Translations under genes and position numbers: made by a program
The notes under the pieces: generated by a model
What the model was told of the DNA's origin: nothing
Database searches by the model: none
The model's input: the letters and a program-made list of their open reading frames with translations, nothing else
Part shown: piece after piece, positions 9,044-19,030 of the stretch
Numbering within the stretch: position 1 is the stretch's first letter
How the letters are laid out: each line of letters opens with the position of its first letter
Assembly (NCBI GenBank): GCA_046331705.1
Contig: JAXLQJ010000001.1
Span: forward strand, 1-64,000
DNA length: 64,000 nucleotides
From: a bacterium
Lineage (GTDB): Bacteria; JADJOY01
Reading direction: 5' to 3'

Positions 9044-10297
9044 ATGCCGCGACGCAAGCGCAGCGCGGCTCCTTACCACGTGCGCCGCTCCACGGCGGTG
9101 CTGACCACCGGGTTCGATCCGAGCCTGTCGGTGGGCTCGGCGCGACCGGCGGTGTTCCGCTCGTCGACGTACGTGTTCTCGAGCCCGGAGGCGGCGGAGC
9201 GCGCGTTCGCGATCGCGCTGGGTCGCTCGCGCGCCGCCGACGGCGAGCACGTCGATCTCATCTACTCGCGCCTTTCGCACCCGAATGCGGAGATCCTCGA
9301 GCAACAAGTCGTTCCGCTCGAGGACGGCGCGCGCGACGCCGCGGTCTTCAACTCGGGCATGGCGGCGATCTCGACGCTCTTCCTGAGCTTCTGCGCGCCC
9401 GGCGCGAGCTTCGTCTACACGACACCCGTCTACGGCGGCACACAACATCTGATTCACCAGCTCCTCGAGCCGCTCGGCATGCGCGGCATCCCGGTGCTCG
9501 CCGGCGACACGAAGGCGCTCGTCACGGCCATCTCCCGTGCCGCGCGCCTCAGGCTGGTGTTCGTGGAGACGCCGGCCAATCCAACGCTGGTGATGTCGGA
9601 CATCGGTGCCGCGGCGCGGGCCGCCGCCGCGCGCCGCGACAAGCCGCTGGTGGTGGTCGACAACACGTTCCTCGGCCCGACCTTCCAGCACCCCCTGGTG
9701 CTGGGCGCCGACCTGGTCGTGTACTCCGCCACCAAATACCTGGCCGGCAACAGCGACATGCTGGGCGGCGTGGTGCTGGCGCGAAAGCCCGAGCACACCG
9801 GACAGCTCCGCGGGCTGCGCGCGATCGTCGGCAACATCCTGCAACCCGACGAGTGCTGGATGCTCGACAGCCGCCTGCCCACCGTCGACCTGCGCATGAA
9901 TCGCCAGAGCAAGAACGCGCAGCGGATCGCCGAAGCGCTGGCGCGCCATCCGCGCATCCGCAAGATGCACTACCCCTCGCTCTTCACCGAGCCCGAGCAG
10001 ATCCGCATTCGAGACGCCCAATGTCGTTTCCCGGGCGGGCTCTTCTCGTTCGAGCTCGAGGGCGGGAAGGACGAGGCCTTCGATTTCCTGCGACGGATCC
10101 GGATCGGTCGCAACGCGGTGAGCCTGGGCGGCGTCGAGACGCTCGCCTGTCATCCCGCGACCACCACTCATTCGGAGATGTCGCTGCGGGAGCGCAAGCG
10201 TGCGGGGGTCACGGATTCGCTGGTGCGGATCTCCGTGGGGATCGAGGACTGGCGCGATCTGTTAGTGGATTTCGAGCAGGCGCTCTCGGGACGATAG
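9044..10297 (+). CDS. Cys/Met metabolism PLP enzyme (methionine gamma-lyase / cystathionine gamma-synthase family)
   Basis: YSRLSHPN, FNSGMAAI, YGGT, ETPANPT, VDNTF, YSATKYLAG (PLP lysine), AVSLGGVETL, RISVGIED. Confidence 0.92.
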   Translation: MPRRKRSAAPYHVRRSTAVLTTGFDPSLSVGSARPAVFRSSTYVFSSPEAAERAFAIALGRSRAADGEHVDLIYSRLSHPNAEILEQQVVPLEDGARDAAVFNSGMAAISTLFLSFCAPGASFVYTTPVYGGTQHLIHQLLEPLGMRGIPVLAGDTKALVTAISRAARLRLVFVETPANPTLVMSDIGAAARAAAARRDKPLVVVDNTFLGPTFQHPLVLGADLVVYSATKYLAGNSDMLGGVVLARKPEHTGQLRGLRAIVGNILQPDECWMLDSRLPTVDLRMNRQSKNAQRIAEALARHPRIRKMHYPSLFTEPEQIRIRDAQCRFPGGLFSFELEGGKDEAFDFLRRIRIGRNAVSLGGVETLACHPATTTHSEMSLRERKRAGVTDSLVRISVGIEDWRDLLVDFEQALSGR

Positions 10298-10326
10298 CCG
10301 CGCGCGGTACCGCGCCGCGCGCGCCG

Positions 10327-12045
10327 TCATTGCGTGCCGACGTAGAGCGTGTTCGGGTAGTCGCTCGACCAGTACGCGATGTCCACGCTCTGCGGCTGGT
10401 GGTGGAAGAACTGTGACCAGCGAGTGGTGACCGAGCTGTCGACGCTGCCGGAAACGTAGAGCGTCCAGCTTCCCCAGCTTCCACCCAGCGGTTTCCGGAA
10501 CGAGTAGAGGTCGGGGCCGAAACCGCCGATCGATCCCTGCGGCGTGCCGTGGCCGTAGAGGTAGAGGCCGCCGGCGCCGTCGGGACCGAGCGACGGGTTG
10601 TGGGTGACTTGCGTGGGCGGCTGCGCGTTTCCGTTCCAGCCGCTCGCGTCCTGGTACCAGTAGCGGATGCGATTGGCCGTATCGAGGAACGTGAGGTGAA
10701 CGACGCCGTCACCGGTCACGATCATCGACGGACCCTGGTCGATGCCGGTTTGCGCCGAGTCCGGGATCGCCACCGAGGGTTGCCACGTGCCGGCGGCCAG
10801 TCGCTTGCGTACGCGGATGCGACCGTCGCCGACGTAATCGTAGGTACCGTCGAGCCACGCCAGATGGAGGTCGCCGTTGGGCGCGAAGGCGAGCGCCGGA
10901 TGCCAGGCGTTGCAGTAGTCCGACGCGGGATTGCAGTCGACCACGTCCGCCACGTCGGTCGGCGCCTCCCAGCCCGTCGCGAGACGGCGCGCGTAGCGGA
11001 GGCGCAGCCGCGCGTTGGGACCGGTTCGGGCGCTCCACACCGCGTGTGGGATGCCGGCCGCATCGACCGCCAGCGCCGTGCCCTCCTCGCCTTGCCCGAA
11101 ATCGATCCAGCCCGACGAGCCGAGGCTCTCCGCGCCGGACCACAGTTGGGTGGTGGTATCGAACGTCGCGTACTTCGTGAAGCCCGACCGCTTGTTCCAG
11201 ATCACGTGGATGCGATCTTGCCCGTCGATCCCCGCGGCCGGCTGGCCCACGCCGCCGCCAGGCGCGTGAGCGGCGTCCATCTCGGTGAAGCTCGTGGGGG
11301 TTCCCGGCTGATTCGCCTTCATCACGTGGATGGCGTTGTTCGGGCACTCCGGATACGCGCTGCAGTCCGGCGCGATCGTGTAGAGCACGCCCGCGCTGCT
11401 GCGCACGATCTGGTGCGGCGAGACGTCCGAGTACCCGCGCCCCACCAGGATCTGGTGATTGGCGGCGGGCGGGACATAGCGCGTGACGCGGAACACCAGG
11501 AGATCGAGATCGCTCCAATCGGCGGCGGAGTAGGTCGTGTAGCGAATCTGCATCACTCCCGCGGCGCTGACGAAGCGGGAGAGATCGCCGGTCAACGGGA
11601 ACGCGAGCGGCGTCCACTGGTGATACGCGGCGCCGTCGTTGTAGCCGAGCGTGAGCCAGCTCGCGGCCGAAAAGTCGCGGACCTGGAACGTCCAGCGCTG
11701 CACGCTGCGCTGCTGGCCGTAGAAGCTCGCGGCCACGGCGAGACCCGACGCCGACGACACATCGAGCCCCGCGGGGACGACGAACGAAAACACGCCCTGA
11801 TAGCCGCCCGAGGCGGGCGTGTAGCGCTGCGCGCTCGCGGGATCGGTGCTTCCACCCGTCAGCTCCGAATTCGCCAGCACCGAGAGGGGCTGGGGACCGG
11901 TGCTGCCGAACGAGGTGGAAACCGACGACGGCGCGAGGGTGGTGGTGACGTAATCGGCGCGGCTCACCGATGCGATCAGCAACGTGGCGCCGAGCGTCAG
12001 CGGCAACAGACGATGGCCGCGGCGGAACGACTTCGGACTTCGCAT
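10327..12045 (-). CDS. Secreted two-domain protein (N-terminal beta-sandwich plus BNR/propeller-like domain)
   Basis: Signal peptide ending SRA|D; GGAGGG RBS; repeated xDxxGxxHxxW blade-like motifs. Confidence 0.7.
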   Translation of the reverse strand: MRSPKSFRRGHRLLPLTLGATLLIASVSRADYVTTTLAPSSVSTSFGSTGPQPLSVLANSELTGGSTDPASAQRYTPASGGYQGVFSFVVPAGLDVSSASGLAVAASFYGQQRSVQRWTFQVRDFSAASWLTLGYNDGAAYHQWTPLAFPLTGDLSRFVSAAGVMQIRYTTYSAADWSDLDLLVFRVTRYVPPAANHQILVGRGYSDVSPHQIVRSSAGVLYTIAPDCSAYPECPNNAIHVMKANQPGTPTSFTEMDAAHAPGGGVGQPAAGIDGQDRIHVIWNKRSGFTKYATFDTTTQLWSGAESLGSSGWIDFGQGEEGTALAVDAAGIPHAVWSARTGPNARLRLRYARRLATGWEAPTDVADVVDCNPASDYCNAWHPALAFAPNGDLHLAWLDGTYDYVGDGRIRVRKRLAAGTWQPSVAIPDSAQTGIDQGPSMIVTGDGVVHLTFLDTANRIRYWYQDASGWNGNAQPPTQVTHNPSLGPDGAGGLYLYGHGTPQGSIGGFGPDLYSFRKPLGGSWGSWTLYVSGSVDSSVTTRWSQFFHHQPQSVDIAYWSSDYPNTLYVGTQ

Positions 12046-12128
12046 GCGAATCCCTCCGCCAGCGAGCGTCTCCGAGCGAGTGATCGAGCGCATCGATGCA
12101 AGCTCGAACGGTGTGGGAACGTGTAGCG

Positions 12129-15053
12129 TCAGGGAACGGGCGGGATGAAGGGACAGGACGAGTCTTCGAGACAGAGGTCGTCACGAAGCGTTCGGCCGTT
12201 CGAGGACAAGAAGAGCCCGATCTGGTTCTGCGACCACACCGCCCAATCGATGGGCGCGTCCGGCGTCGAGAAACCGATGAACTCGTGCTTGATGCCCATC
12301 GGAAAGCGCACCGCGGCGACCCCGCCGCCCGGAACCGGGATGGGCGGCAGCGGTCCGATGCCGCCGTTGTTGCGGTCGAGGTCGTCGATGTCCCAGCGCT
12401 CTTCGTAGGGGATGTCGCCGTCGGGCAGCATCTCGCGGTTGGCGACGAGGATGTCGTTGATCCGCAGCGTCTCGGCCCGATCGCCGAAGTAGCCCGCCGC
12501 ACGCGCCAGCGCGACGTGGGCGTTGAACGGCACCGTGAAGTCGCCTGGATCGCTGGTCTGGAGCATCGGCTTCGGCGGCACGCCGGGCAGTGGGTCCTGA
12601 AACAGGTGGGGCGCGTAGTTCACCGGATCGCCCGGCTCGAAGACCATCTGCGCCAAGCCGATGAAGCGGCGCACGTCGGGGGTGTTGCGCCGGAAGCCGA
12701 GGCCTTCGTGCTGGGACCGGATCGTGAGCGTGATGGGCGCGCCGTCGGTTCCGACCTGGGTGATCTCGAGCGTGTCGCCCACGTCGGCGGGAATGCCCAC
12801 GGAAAAGCCCCCCGAGGTCTCCGCCACGCCCGTGCGCTCCTCGCCGTTGGCCAGGTTGCGCACCGTGACCACGGCGCGGGCCTTCGCCGGTAAGGACGCG
12901 AGCGTCACGTCGGGGATGACCTCGGGATCGCAGCCTTCGTCGCCCGCGTCCTTGGCGGCATCGTTGTTGAGCGTGATCGCCAGCTCGCCGCCAGCGAGCG
13001 GACAACCGACGACCACGGGGCCGATGACCTGCAGGAACATGTCCTGCGTCACGAAGCGCAGCCGTGACCGCAAGATGAGGTCGGCGATCCCGCCGCCGGG
13101 GACGATCGGCGCCGCCGCCACGATGTTGGGCTCCACGGCGCTCGCGACGTTGGTGAGGATCCCGCCCAGCGAGGTTCCGGACATGTAGTACGGCACGTCG
13201 GGACCGCCGAGATCGATGCGACCGTCGCCGTTGAAGTCGCCGTCGAGCTCGGGCGTACCGTCGCCGTTCAGGTCGAATTGCGATCGCTCGCCCAGGTGCC
13301 GCAGCACGCGCACGAGCTGCATCTGGTCGATCACCGTCTGGCGCACGGTGTCGCGGGTCTCGAACGCGTTGGCGCGGAAGAACGACGCGCCCGAGTCGGT
13401 GGTGCCGTCGCCGTCCGCGTCCACCGCGCGTCCCGTGACGCCGATCGCCTCGATCACGCCCACGTCGAAGAGCTTGTCGGCCGCCTCTTGCAGATCGTCC
13501 ACCGGGCCGAGATCGATGCCGGTGAGCACGCCGATCAGGTTCACGATGAGCTGGGGCGGGATCGGCAAGCCCTCGGTGAGCGAGGCGATGTCGGTGCGCG
13601 CGTCGGAGATGGCGTCGAATGGGCCGTGCCCCACGGCGTCGATCGCGGCCACCGCGATGCCGAAGCGGCTCATGGTGTTGGCGAAGCCCACTCCTTCGAG
13701 TCGCGCCGTGTTCGAGCCGTGGGCGTAGACGAGCACCGGGAAGGGCGGGTGGTGGTCCTGGGTCTCGCGCGGGATCGAGAGCATGAACGTGACGCGATCG
13801 GTCTGGATGCTGCCCTCGCCGGTGGCGGGGTTCACGTTCATCACGCCGTCGTCGGTCTGGATCAGGCTCGGCGAGAGGAAGCTGCCGAAGACGAAGTAGT
13901 CCACTCCGTCCACGCCGAAGTTCGGGAACTCGCCGGGGGTCGAGAACGACTCGGCGGCGTCCAGGATCGGCGACAGGAACTCGGACTGAAGGATGTAGAC
14001 GTTGTCGAGCGGGTCCTTGGGGATGCCGAGGAGCCGGAGCGAGCCATCGCCGTCGGTCGCGATGTCGAGGTTCTCGAGAAGATCGATCTTGGGAGGAGCG
14101 ACGGTCGCCATCCGCGCCAGCGGCCCTTCGCCGTCGAGCCCGCGGCGCGCCGCCTCGAGCAGGTCCGTGACCGATTGGGTGGTGAAGGTCCACGCGAAGG
14201 CCCAGCGCGCGAGCGGCACGCCGAGCCGATCGAAGACGGGGATCGCCGCGGCGAGATCGTCGGTCTGATCGAGATGGTGGACCGCATCGAACGGCGAGCG
14301 GATCGGCTGGCCGTTGCGCCCGTGCAACCCGTCGGTGATCACCACCGCGTAGCGACTGCGCTGCTCCAGCGGAAAGAGCGGACGCACGATCAAGGTGTCG
14401 GTCGCGACCTCGTAGAAATCGACCCACTCGGGCTGGCCGTCGCCGTCACGATCGGCGGCGTTGTCGCTCGGGAACACGTACCCGGAGAGCTCTCGATCGG
14501 GATCGAACGGGAAGAAATGACTGGCATCGTCGCGGACCGGAAAGCTGCCCTTGCCCAGGTCGAGCGGCACCGCTTGGCCGTAGGCGCGCGAACCCGGGTC
14601 GATGTTCGCGAGCCAGATGTTCGCCTCGGTGGCGGTGGCGAGATCGAGCGGCGCCTCGAAACGCACCGTGAGCGGCGCGAAGGTCCCGAAGCCGTCCAGC
14701 TCGTCGACGTGGCGACGGATGCGGCGCTCGAGGGCCGTGGGCGCGTCCTGGCTCACGTTGACGCGCCGATTCGTGGGCGTGGTCTCGTCGACGATCGTGG
14801 CGACGTCGTTGGGAAACGGGATCTCGGCGAACGGACGCGCGTAGAGATCCCACACGATCCGCGGACCTGCGCCCGGTGGAGTGGCCTTGAGACCGGGGGC
14901 GCGATCGGCCGATCCGCAACCGGCGAGCACCAGCGCGCTCGCCACCGAGATCAGGGCTCGCGCGGCGAGGAAGGGGCGATCCGCCGCCGCACGCCGCGGT
15001 CCGCGCCGCGACCGGTGCCGGCGCGCTTCGTCACGCACGCCGCCGCTCACCAT
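12129..15053 (-). CDS. Large lipase-like lipoprotein (Ig-like N-terminus plus alpha/beta hydrolase)
   Basis: Lipobox VLAGC; EIPFPND, LDGFGT, YAHG, AIDAVGHG, nucleophile elbow GTSLGG; DxNGDG Ca-type motifs; start overlaps the upstream stop. Confidence 0.8.
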   Translation of the reverse strand: MVSGGVRDEARRHRSRRGPRRAAADRPFLAARALISVASALVLAGCGSADRAPGLKATPPGAGPRIVWDLYARPFAEIPFPNDVATIVDETTPTNRRVNVSQDAPTALERRIRRHVDELDGFGTFAPLTVRFEAPLDLATATEANIWLANIDPGSRAYGQAVPLDLGKGSFPVRDDASHFFPFDPDRELSGYVFPSDNAADRDGDGQPEWVDFYEVATDTLIVRPLFPLEQRSRYAVVITDGLHGRNGQPIRSPFDAVHHLDQTDDLAAAIPVFDRLGVPLARWAFAWTFTTQSVTDLLEAARRGLDGEGPLARMATVAPPKIDLLENLDIATDGDGSLRLLGIPKDPLDNVYILQSEFLSPILDAAESFSTPGEFPNFGVDGVDYFVFGSFLSPSLIQTDDGVMNVNPATGEGSIQTDRVTFMLSIPRETQDHHPPFPVLVYAHGSNTARLEGVGFANTMSRFGIAVAAIDAVGHGPFDAISDARTDIASLTEGLPIPPQLIVNLIGVLTGIDLGPVDDLQEAADKLFDVGVIEAIGVTGRAVDADGDGTTDSGASFFRANAFETRDTVRQTVIDQMQLVRVLRHLGERSQFDLNGDGTPELDGDFNGDGRIDLGGPDVPYYMSGTSLGGILTNVASAVEPNIVAAAPIVPGGGIADLILRSRLRFVTQDMFLQVIGPVVVGCPLAGGELAITLNNDAAKDAGDEGCDPEVIPDVTLASLPAKARAVVTVRNLANGEERTGVAETSGGFSVGIPADVGDTLEITQVGTDGAPITLTIRSQHEGLGFRRNTPDVRRFIGLAQMVFEPGDPVNYAPHLFQDPLPGVPPKPMLQTSDPGDFTVPFNAHVALARAAGYFGDRAETLRINDILVANREMLPDGDIPYEERWDIDDLDRNNGGIGPLPPIPVPGGGVAAVRFPMGIKHEFIGFSTPDAPIDWAVWSQNQIGLFLSSNGRTLRDDLCLEDSSCPFIPPVP

Positions 15054-16573
15054 CGCGCGCTCAGCCGGCCTTGGACCAGGGCGATGGCATCCGGTTTCCG
15101 GCCGCTCGCATCGCGAAACGCGCCGCCCGGCCAATAGCCGCCCGCCTCGACTCCCACGAAGCACTGCAACATGTCGGCGTGGATCCGATACCCGAGGCCG
15201 CCGTCGACCTCGAAGCCGAGATCGCGATCGCCGACGGGCCCGCCGAGGAAGTTCCGCGGCGATCCGCCGGCGTCGAAGCTCGCGAACGGATCCACCACGT
15301 CCTCGAGCGCCCGCGCCCACAGCACGCCGAGCTTCGCCTCCCAGCCCTCGTCGCGAGCCTGGCGCCAGGTGGCGCGCGGATTCAGGTAGACCGCGTTGGT
15401 CACCCCCCCGCGCGTGTCCACCAGGTACGCACCCGGAGCGGGGCTGCCCACCAGCAGCGGATCGCCGAGGTTGTAGGTGCTCGCGGCGGTCAGCCCCGCC
15501 AGGTACTCCTCGAACAGGATGAGCCCGACGTTGAAGTCCGGATCGAACGTGAACCCGCGCACCTCGTCGTCGAACGGATTGCCGTCGCCCGACGCGTATC
15601 CCGTGTCGAGAAGCACGTCGAGCTCGTCCGTCGACCAGCCAGCGCTCAGCGCGGCGCCGTGCTCGAGGACGTCGGCCTGCGACGGGCTCGCCGGGGTCGC
15701 GACGAGCTCGGTGTTGCCCACGGCGAGCACGGCTTCCGCGTCGGCCACCCACTCAGCGGCGCGCGCGCTCGCGTAGACGTCGGCCAGGTTGATGCGGGTG
15801 TTGGTGTCGCGCTCGTTCCGTTGCAGGCGATACGCATCGTAGACGCCGAACCGCAGCGACTCGCCCGTGTAGAGCACCGACGCGACGTAGTTCCACGCGT
15901 GGTCGCGCCAGCCGTGTCGCGTGAGATCGTCTTCGGCGGGGCGATCGACGGCCACCGCGAACGCCCACGGCTGCGACGTGTCTCCAGGCGCGGCCCCGTA
16001 GCGGACGGCGATGCGGTCGACGTGATCGCCGAAGCGCTTGTCGCCGAACGGTGCCTCGCCGACGCCGTCGTCGGCCACGAGACCGAGACCCCATCGGCTT
16101 CCTTGCCGACCGACCCGCACCACCACACCGCCGAGCACCGCCTCGGCCCAGAGCTGATTCAGGTCCGCGACGTCGATCTGATCGTCGCGGCTGGCCCGCG
16201 CGGGCGGCGTGTCGCCGCCGATCACCCCCTCGGCGAGATCCGCCTGCGCGACCACGCGCAGCTGCCGTACCGGACCCGACCCCGGGCGCCAGATCAGCGA
16301 CGGATCCAGCCGCAAGCGGTGCTCGAGCCATTGGGAATCGGGCTGCTCCGCGTTCGGGATGAGCGTGGGGTCGACGGGCTGGAACGCCGTCAGGTAGGTG
16401 AGCCGGAGCCGCCAGTCGCCCTCGAAGCGGGCGGTCCAGTCGTCGTACCGGAACTCGAGAAGCCGCTGGGATTCGGCGGAAGGCGTCTGTGCCGCGGCGC
16501 CAGCCACGGTACACAGCACGCACGCCGCGATCCGCGTCGCGATCCGCGCACGAGATCGCGTGAGCCCTGCCAT
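15047..16573 (-). CDS. Putative outer-membrane beta-barrel protein (alginate-export-like)
   Basis: Signal peptide; RVGRQGSRWGLGL, GYASGD, FTFDPDFNVGLILF, DLGFEVD; alternating strand pattern; C-terminal Trp. Confidence 0.75.
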   Translation of the reverse strand: MAGLTRSRARIATRIAACVLCTVAGAAAQTPSAESQRLLEFRYDDWTARFEGDWRLRLTYLTAFQPVDPTLIPNAEQPDSQWLEHRLRLDPSLIWRPGSGPVRQLRVVAQADLAEGVIGGDTPPARASRDDQIDVADLNQLWAEAVLGGVVVRVGRQGSRWGLGLVADDGVGEAPFGDKRFGDHVDRIAVRYGAAPGDTSQPWAFAVAVDRPAEDDLTRHGWRDHAWNYVASVLYTGESLRFGVYDAYRLQRNERDTNTRINLADVYASARAAEWVADAEAVLAVGNTELVATPASPSQADVLEHGAALSAGWSTDELDVLLDTGYASGDGNPFDDEVRGFTFDPDFNVGLILFEEYLAGLTAASTYNLGDPLLVGSPAPGAYLVDTRGGVTNAVYLNPRATWRQARDEGWEAKLGVLWARALEDVVDPFASFDAGGSPRNFLGGPVGDRDLGFEVDGGLGYRIHADMLQCFVGVEAGGYWPGGAFRDASGRKPDAIALVQGRLSARW

Positions 16574-16719
16574 GGATCTCCCGAGACGCGGCGCGAAGCC
16601 CACGCCGCCGCGAGGCGCGGCAACCCTAGCACGAAGATGCGCGCGCTTTCCTTGCCGCGGGCGCCGTGGGTACGATCGCGTCGCCGCTCGCGCATCCCTC
16701 GATCTTGGCGAGGAAAGTC

Positions 16720-17778
16720 ATGGCGCTCGACGTTCGCACCGACTACGTCCCCAACGGCGCCGGCTGGGAGCTCAAGCTCAAGCGCGTGGTCTCGCCGGAG
16801 CACCTGCGACCGGGGCTCAACCCGCTCGCGATCATCCCGGGCTACGGGATGAACGCGTTCATCTTCGGCTACCACCCGAGCGGCGAGTCGATGGAGGAGT
16901 TCTTCGCGCGGCGCGGCTTCGAGGTGTGGTCGCTCTACCTGCGCAAGCAGCGCGGCACGCGCCGCCACGGCGGCACCACGCGGTTCGGCATGGGCGAGGT
17001 GGCGATCACCGACCTGCGCGCGGCGTTCGACCACATCGGATCGGTCACGTCCACGGGTGCGAGCCGCATCGATTCGATCGGGTGCAGCCTGGGCGGCACG
17101 TATCAGTACATCCACGCGACGATGGTGCCGGCCAATCGCATGGGCGCCATCGTGTCCATCGGCTCACCGCTCGCGTGGCACCACGTCCATCCGCTCATCA
17201 AGCGGCTCTTCGGCAACCCCCGCATCGTGGGCTCGGTGCCGTTCGCGTTCTCGAGCCATCTCGCGGAGCTCGGCTTCCCGCTGCTCAAGCGCATCCCGAG
17301 CGTGCTCAAGATCTACCTACACCCCGAGATCACCGACACCAGCAAGATCTCGACGCTGGTGAAGACCATCGAGGACCCGATCCCGCAGATCAATCGCGAG
17401 ATCGCCGAATGGATCCGCAAACGCGACCTCGTGGTGCAAGGTCGCAACATCACCCGTGCCATGAAGCACGTGACCAACCCGCTGCTGGTGGTGGTGGCGA
17501 ACGCCGACGGGATCGTGCCGGAGGCCACCGTGCTCTCCGCCTTCGAAGCGAGCGGCGCCACGCGCAAGGACGTGCTGCGCGTCGGCACCGACGCGTTGCG
17601 CTTCGCTCATGCCGACCTCTTCATCAGCCGGCACTCGCACGAGATGGTCTTCGAGCCGATCGCGAGCTGGCTCGAGAGCGCGAGCCAACCGCCAGCGGCC
17701 CGCCCCCGAGCAATTCGCGCCCGCAAGAAGCGCGGCGGCGCGACGCGGCGCACGCCGGCCCAGCGCAAGAAGCGCTGA
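16720..17778 (+). CDS. Alpha/beta hydrolase with a basic C-terminal tail
   Basis: IPGYGMN oxyanion region, GCSLGG elbow, NADGIV (Asp), FAHADL (His). Confidence 0.85.
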   Translation: MALDVRTDYVPNGAGWELKLKRVVSPEHLRPGLNPLAIIPGYGMNAFIFGYHPSGESMEEFFARRGFEVWSLYLRKQRGTRRHGGTTRFGMGEVAITDLRAAFDHIGSVTSTGASRIDSIGCSLGGTYQYIHATMVPANRMGAIVSIGSPLAWHHVHPLIKRLFGNPRIVGSVPFAFSSHLAELGFPLLKRIPSVLKIYLHPEITDTSKISTLVKTIEDPIPQINREIAEWIRKRDLVVQGRNITRAMKHVTNPLLVVVANADGIVPEATVLSAFEASGATRKDVLRVGTDALRFAHADLFISRHSHEMVFEPIASWLESASQPPAARPRAIRARKKRGGATRRTPAQRKKR

Positions 17779-17788
17779 CCCGACCGAA

Positions 17789-19030
17789 TCACGGCAGGTT
17801 GCCGGTGCGGTAGGTGACCCAGTCGGGGTCCGGGTTCTCGGCGAGGCGCGGCAGCATCGCGTCGTCGCCCTTGAGCGACCAGCGGAAGAACGCCGCCGCG
17901 GTGCGATTCAAGATCGGCAGCGCGATGGCGGGATCGATGAACGTGAACGGTGCGCCGCCATCGATGCGTTCGCCGTCTCCACAGCCGTCCCCGTCGAAGA
18001 TGAAGGCCAGGAAGGCGCACCCGTCGGTGAACGTGAAATGCCCACCGTTGCGGATCTCGGCGAGCAGCTTCGGTCCCGTCGAGCGCTCGAAGAGCGTCTC
18101 GTTCTCGGCGAAGCCACTGGTGCCGATCGTTCGATCCTCGAATGCCGTCCACTGAAGCGACGGCACGCGAAACGGCTGCGAGAGGATCGGCACCGGCACG
18201 CCGGCCATGGTCATGGCGCTGGCGATGCGCGAATCGAGTGGCGTCACCTGGAACGTGGTGGTGCCGCCGAACGAATGTCCCGCCATCCCCACGCCACGGC
18301 CGAGGGTGATGGTGCCCGTGAAGAATCCCGAGGGATCGCGATCGCCCCACGCCAGAAACGTGTCGACGAGGAACTCCACGTCGAGCACGCGGTCGATGTA
18401 CGAGAACGGGATCAGCAGCGGGTTCAGGATGGTGTACGTGCCATCCGAGCGCTGCGCGAAGAGCGCGTTGCCGAGGTGATCCGGCGCCACCACCACGAAG
18501 CCGTGGCTCGCGAGGTATTCGGCGAGCGAGAAGTTCTGGAAACGGATGCTGCCGTTGCCGTGGGAGAGGGCGATCAGCGGATACGGGCCGCTCGCGCGCT
18601 CGATGGGCGCGTCGCGCACGGCGCCCGTGAGGGAGTCCAGGTTCTCGATACCGCCTACCCCGTAGAAGCGCTGGATGATCGCCGTGAGCGGCGCCTCGAG
18701 ATCGTCGGGGATGAAGCCGAGCACCGCGTCCTTGGGCCGCGCGCGGGCCGAGGGCACCGCTGGATACCAGACCTCGGTGGTCACGCGGCGCGGGATGGGA
18801 TAGCGCGCCGTGAGGTCCTCGCGGCTCGCGTCGTCGAGCGCCAGCGTACGCACACCGACGGGAAACGGCCCGAGCGACGCGGGATCGGCGCTCGACGGAT
18901 CGACGCGCGTCGCGTCGTCGCCGCAGCCCGCCGGCGCCACGAACGCGGCGAGGACCAGCACCCACCCACTCCACCACACCTTCCCGCGGCGTCGCGCCGC
19001 GCCAGCGAGGCGCGGCTCAGCGCAGCTCAT
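17789..19030 (-). CDS. Alpha/beta hydrolase lipoprotein (PAF-acetylhydrolase/chlorophyllase-like)
   Basis: Lipobox PAGC; GPFPVG, EVWYPA, LSHGNG, LASHGFVVVAPDH, GHSFGG, GGHFTF. The start could instead be GTG 18979. Confidence 0.85.
   Translation of the reverse strand: MSCAEPRLAGAARRRGKVWWSGWVLVLAAFVAPAGCGDDATRVDPSSADPASLGPFPVGVRTLALDDASREDLTARYPIPRRVTTEVWYPAVPSARARPKDAVLGFIPDDLEAPLTAIIQRFYGVGGIENLDSLTGAVRDAPIERASGPYPLIALSHGNGSIRFQNFSLAEYLASHGFVVVAPDHLGNALFAQRSDGTYTILNPLLIPFSYIDRVLDVEFLVDTFLAWGDRDPSGFFTGTITLGRGVGMAGHSFGGTTTFQVTPLDSRIASAMTMAGVPVPILSQPFRVPSLQWTAFEDRTIGTSGFAENETLFERSTGPKLLAEIRNGGHFTFTDGCAFLAFIFDGDGCGDGERIDGGAPFTFIDPAIALPILNRTAAAFFRWSLKGDDAMLPRLAENPDPDWVTYRTGNLP

Noticed and set aside
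12129-15752. Long N-terminal extensions in the ORF track (12129-15752, 21709-25251, 38964-41816, 48388-52089) read as fusions
   Set aside because: The extensions overlap other real genes; RBS and signal-peptide positions support the later starts.
16720-17778. PHA synthase phaC
   Set aside because: The elbow is G-C-S-L-G (Ser nucleophile), not G-x-C-x-G, and no pha genes are adjacent.
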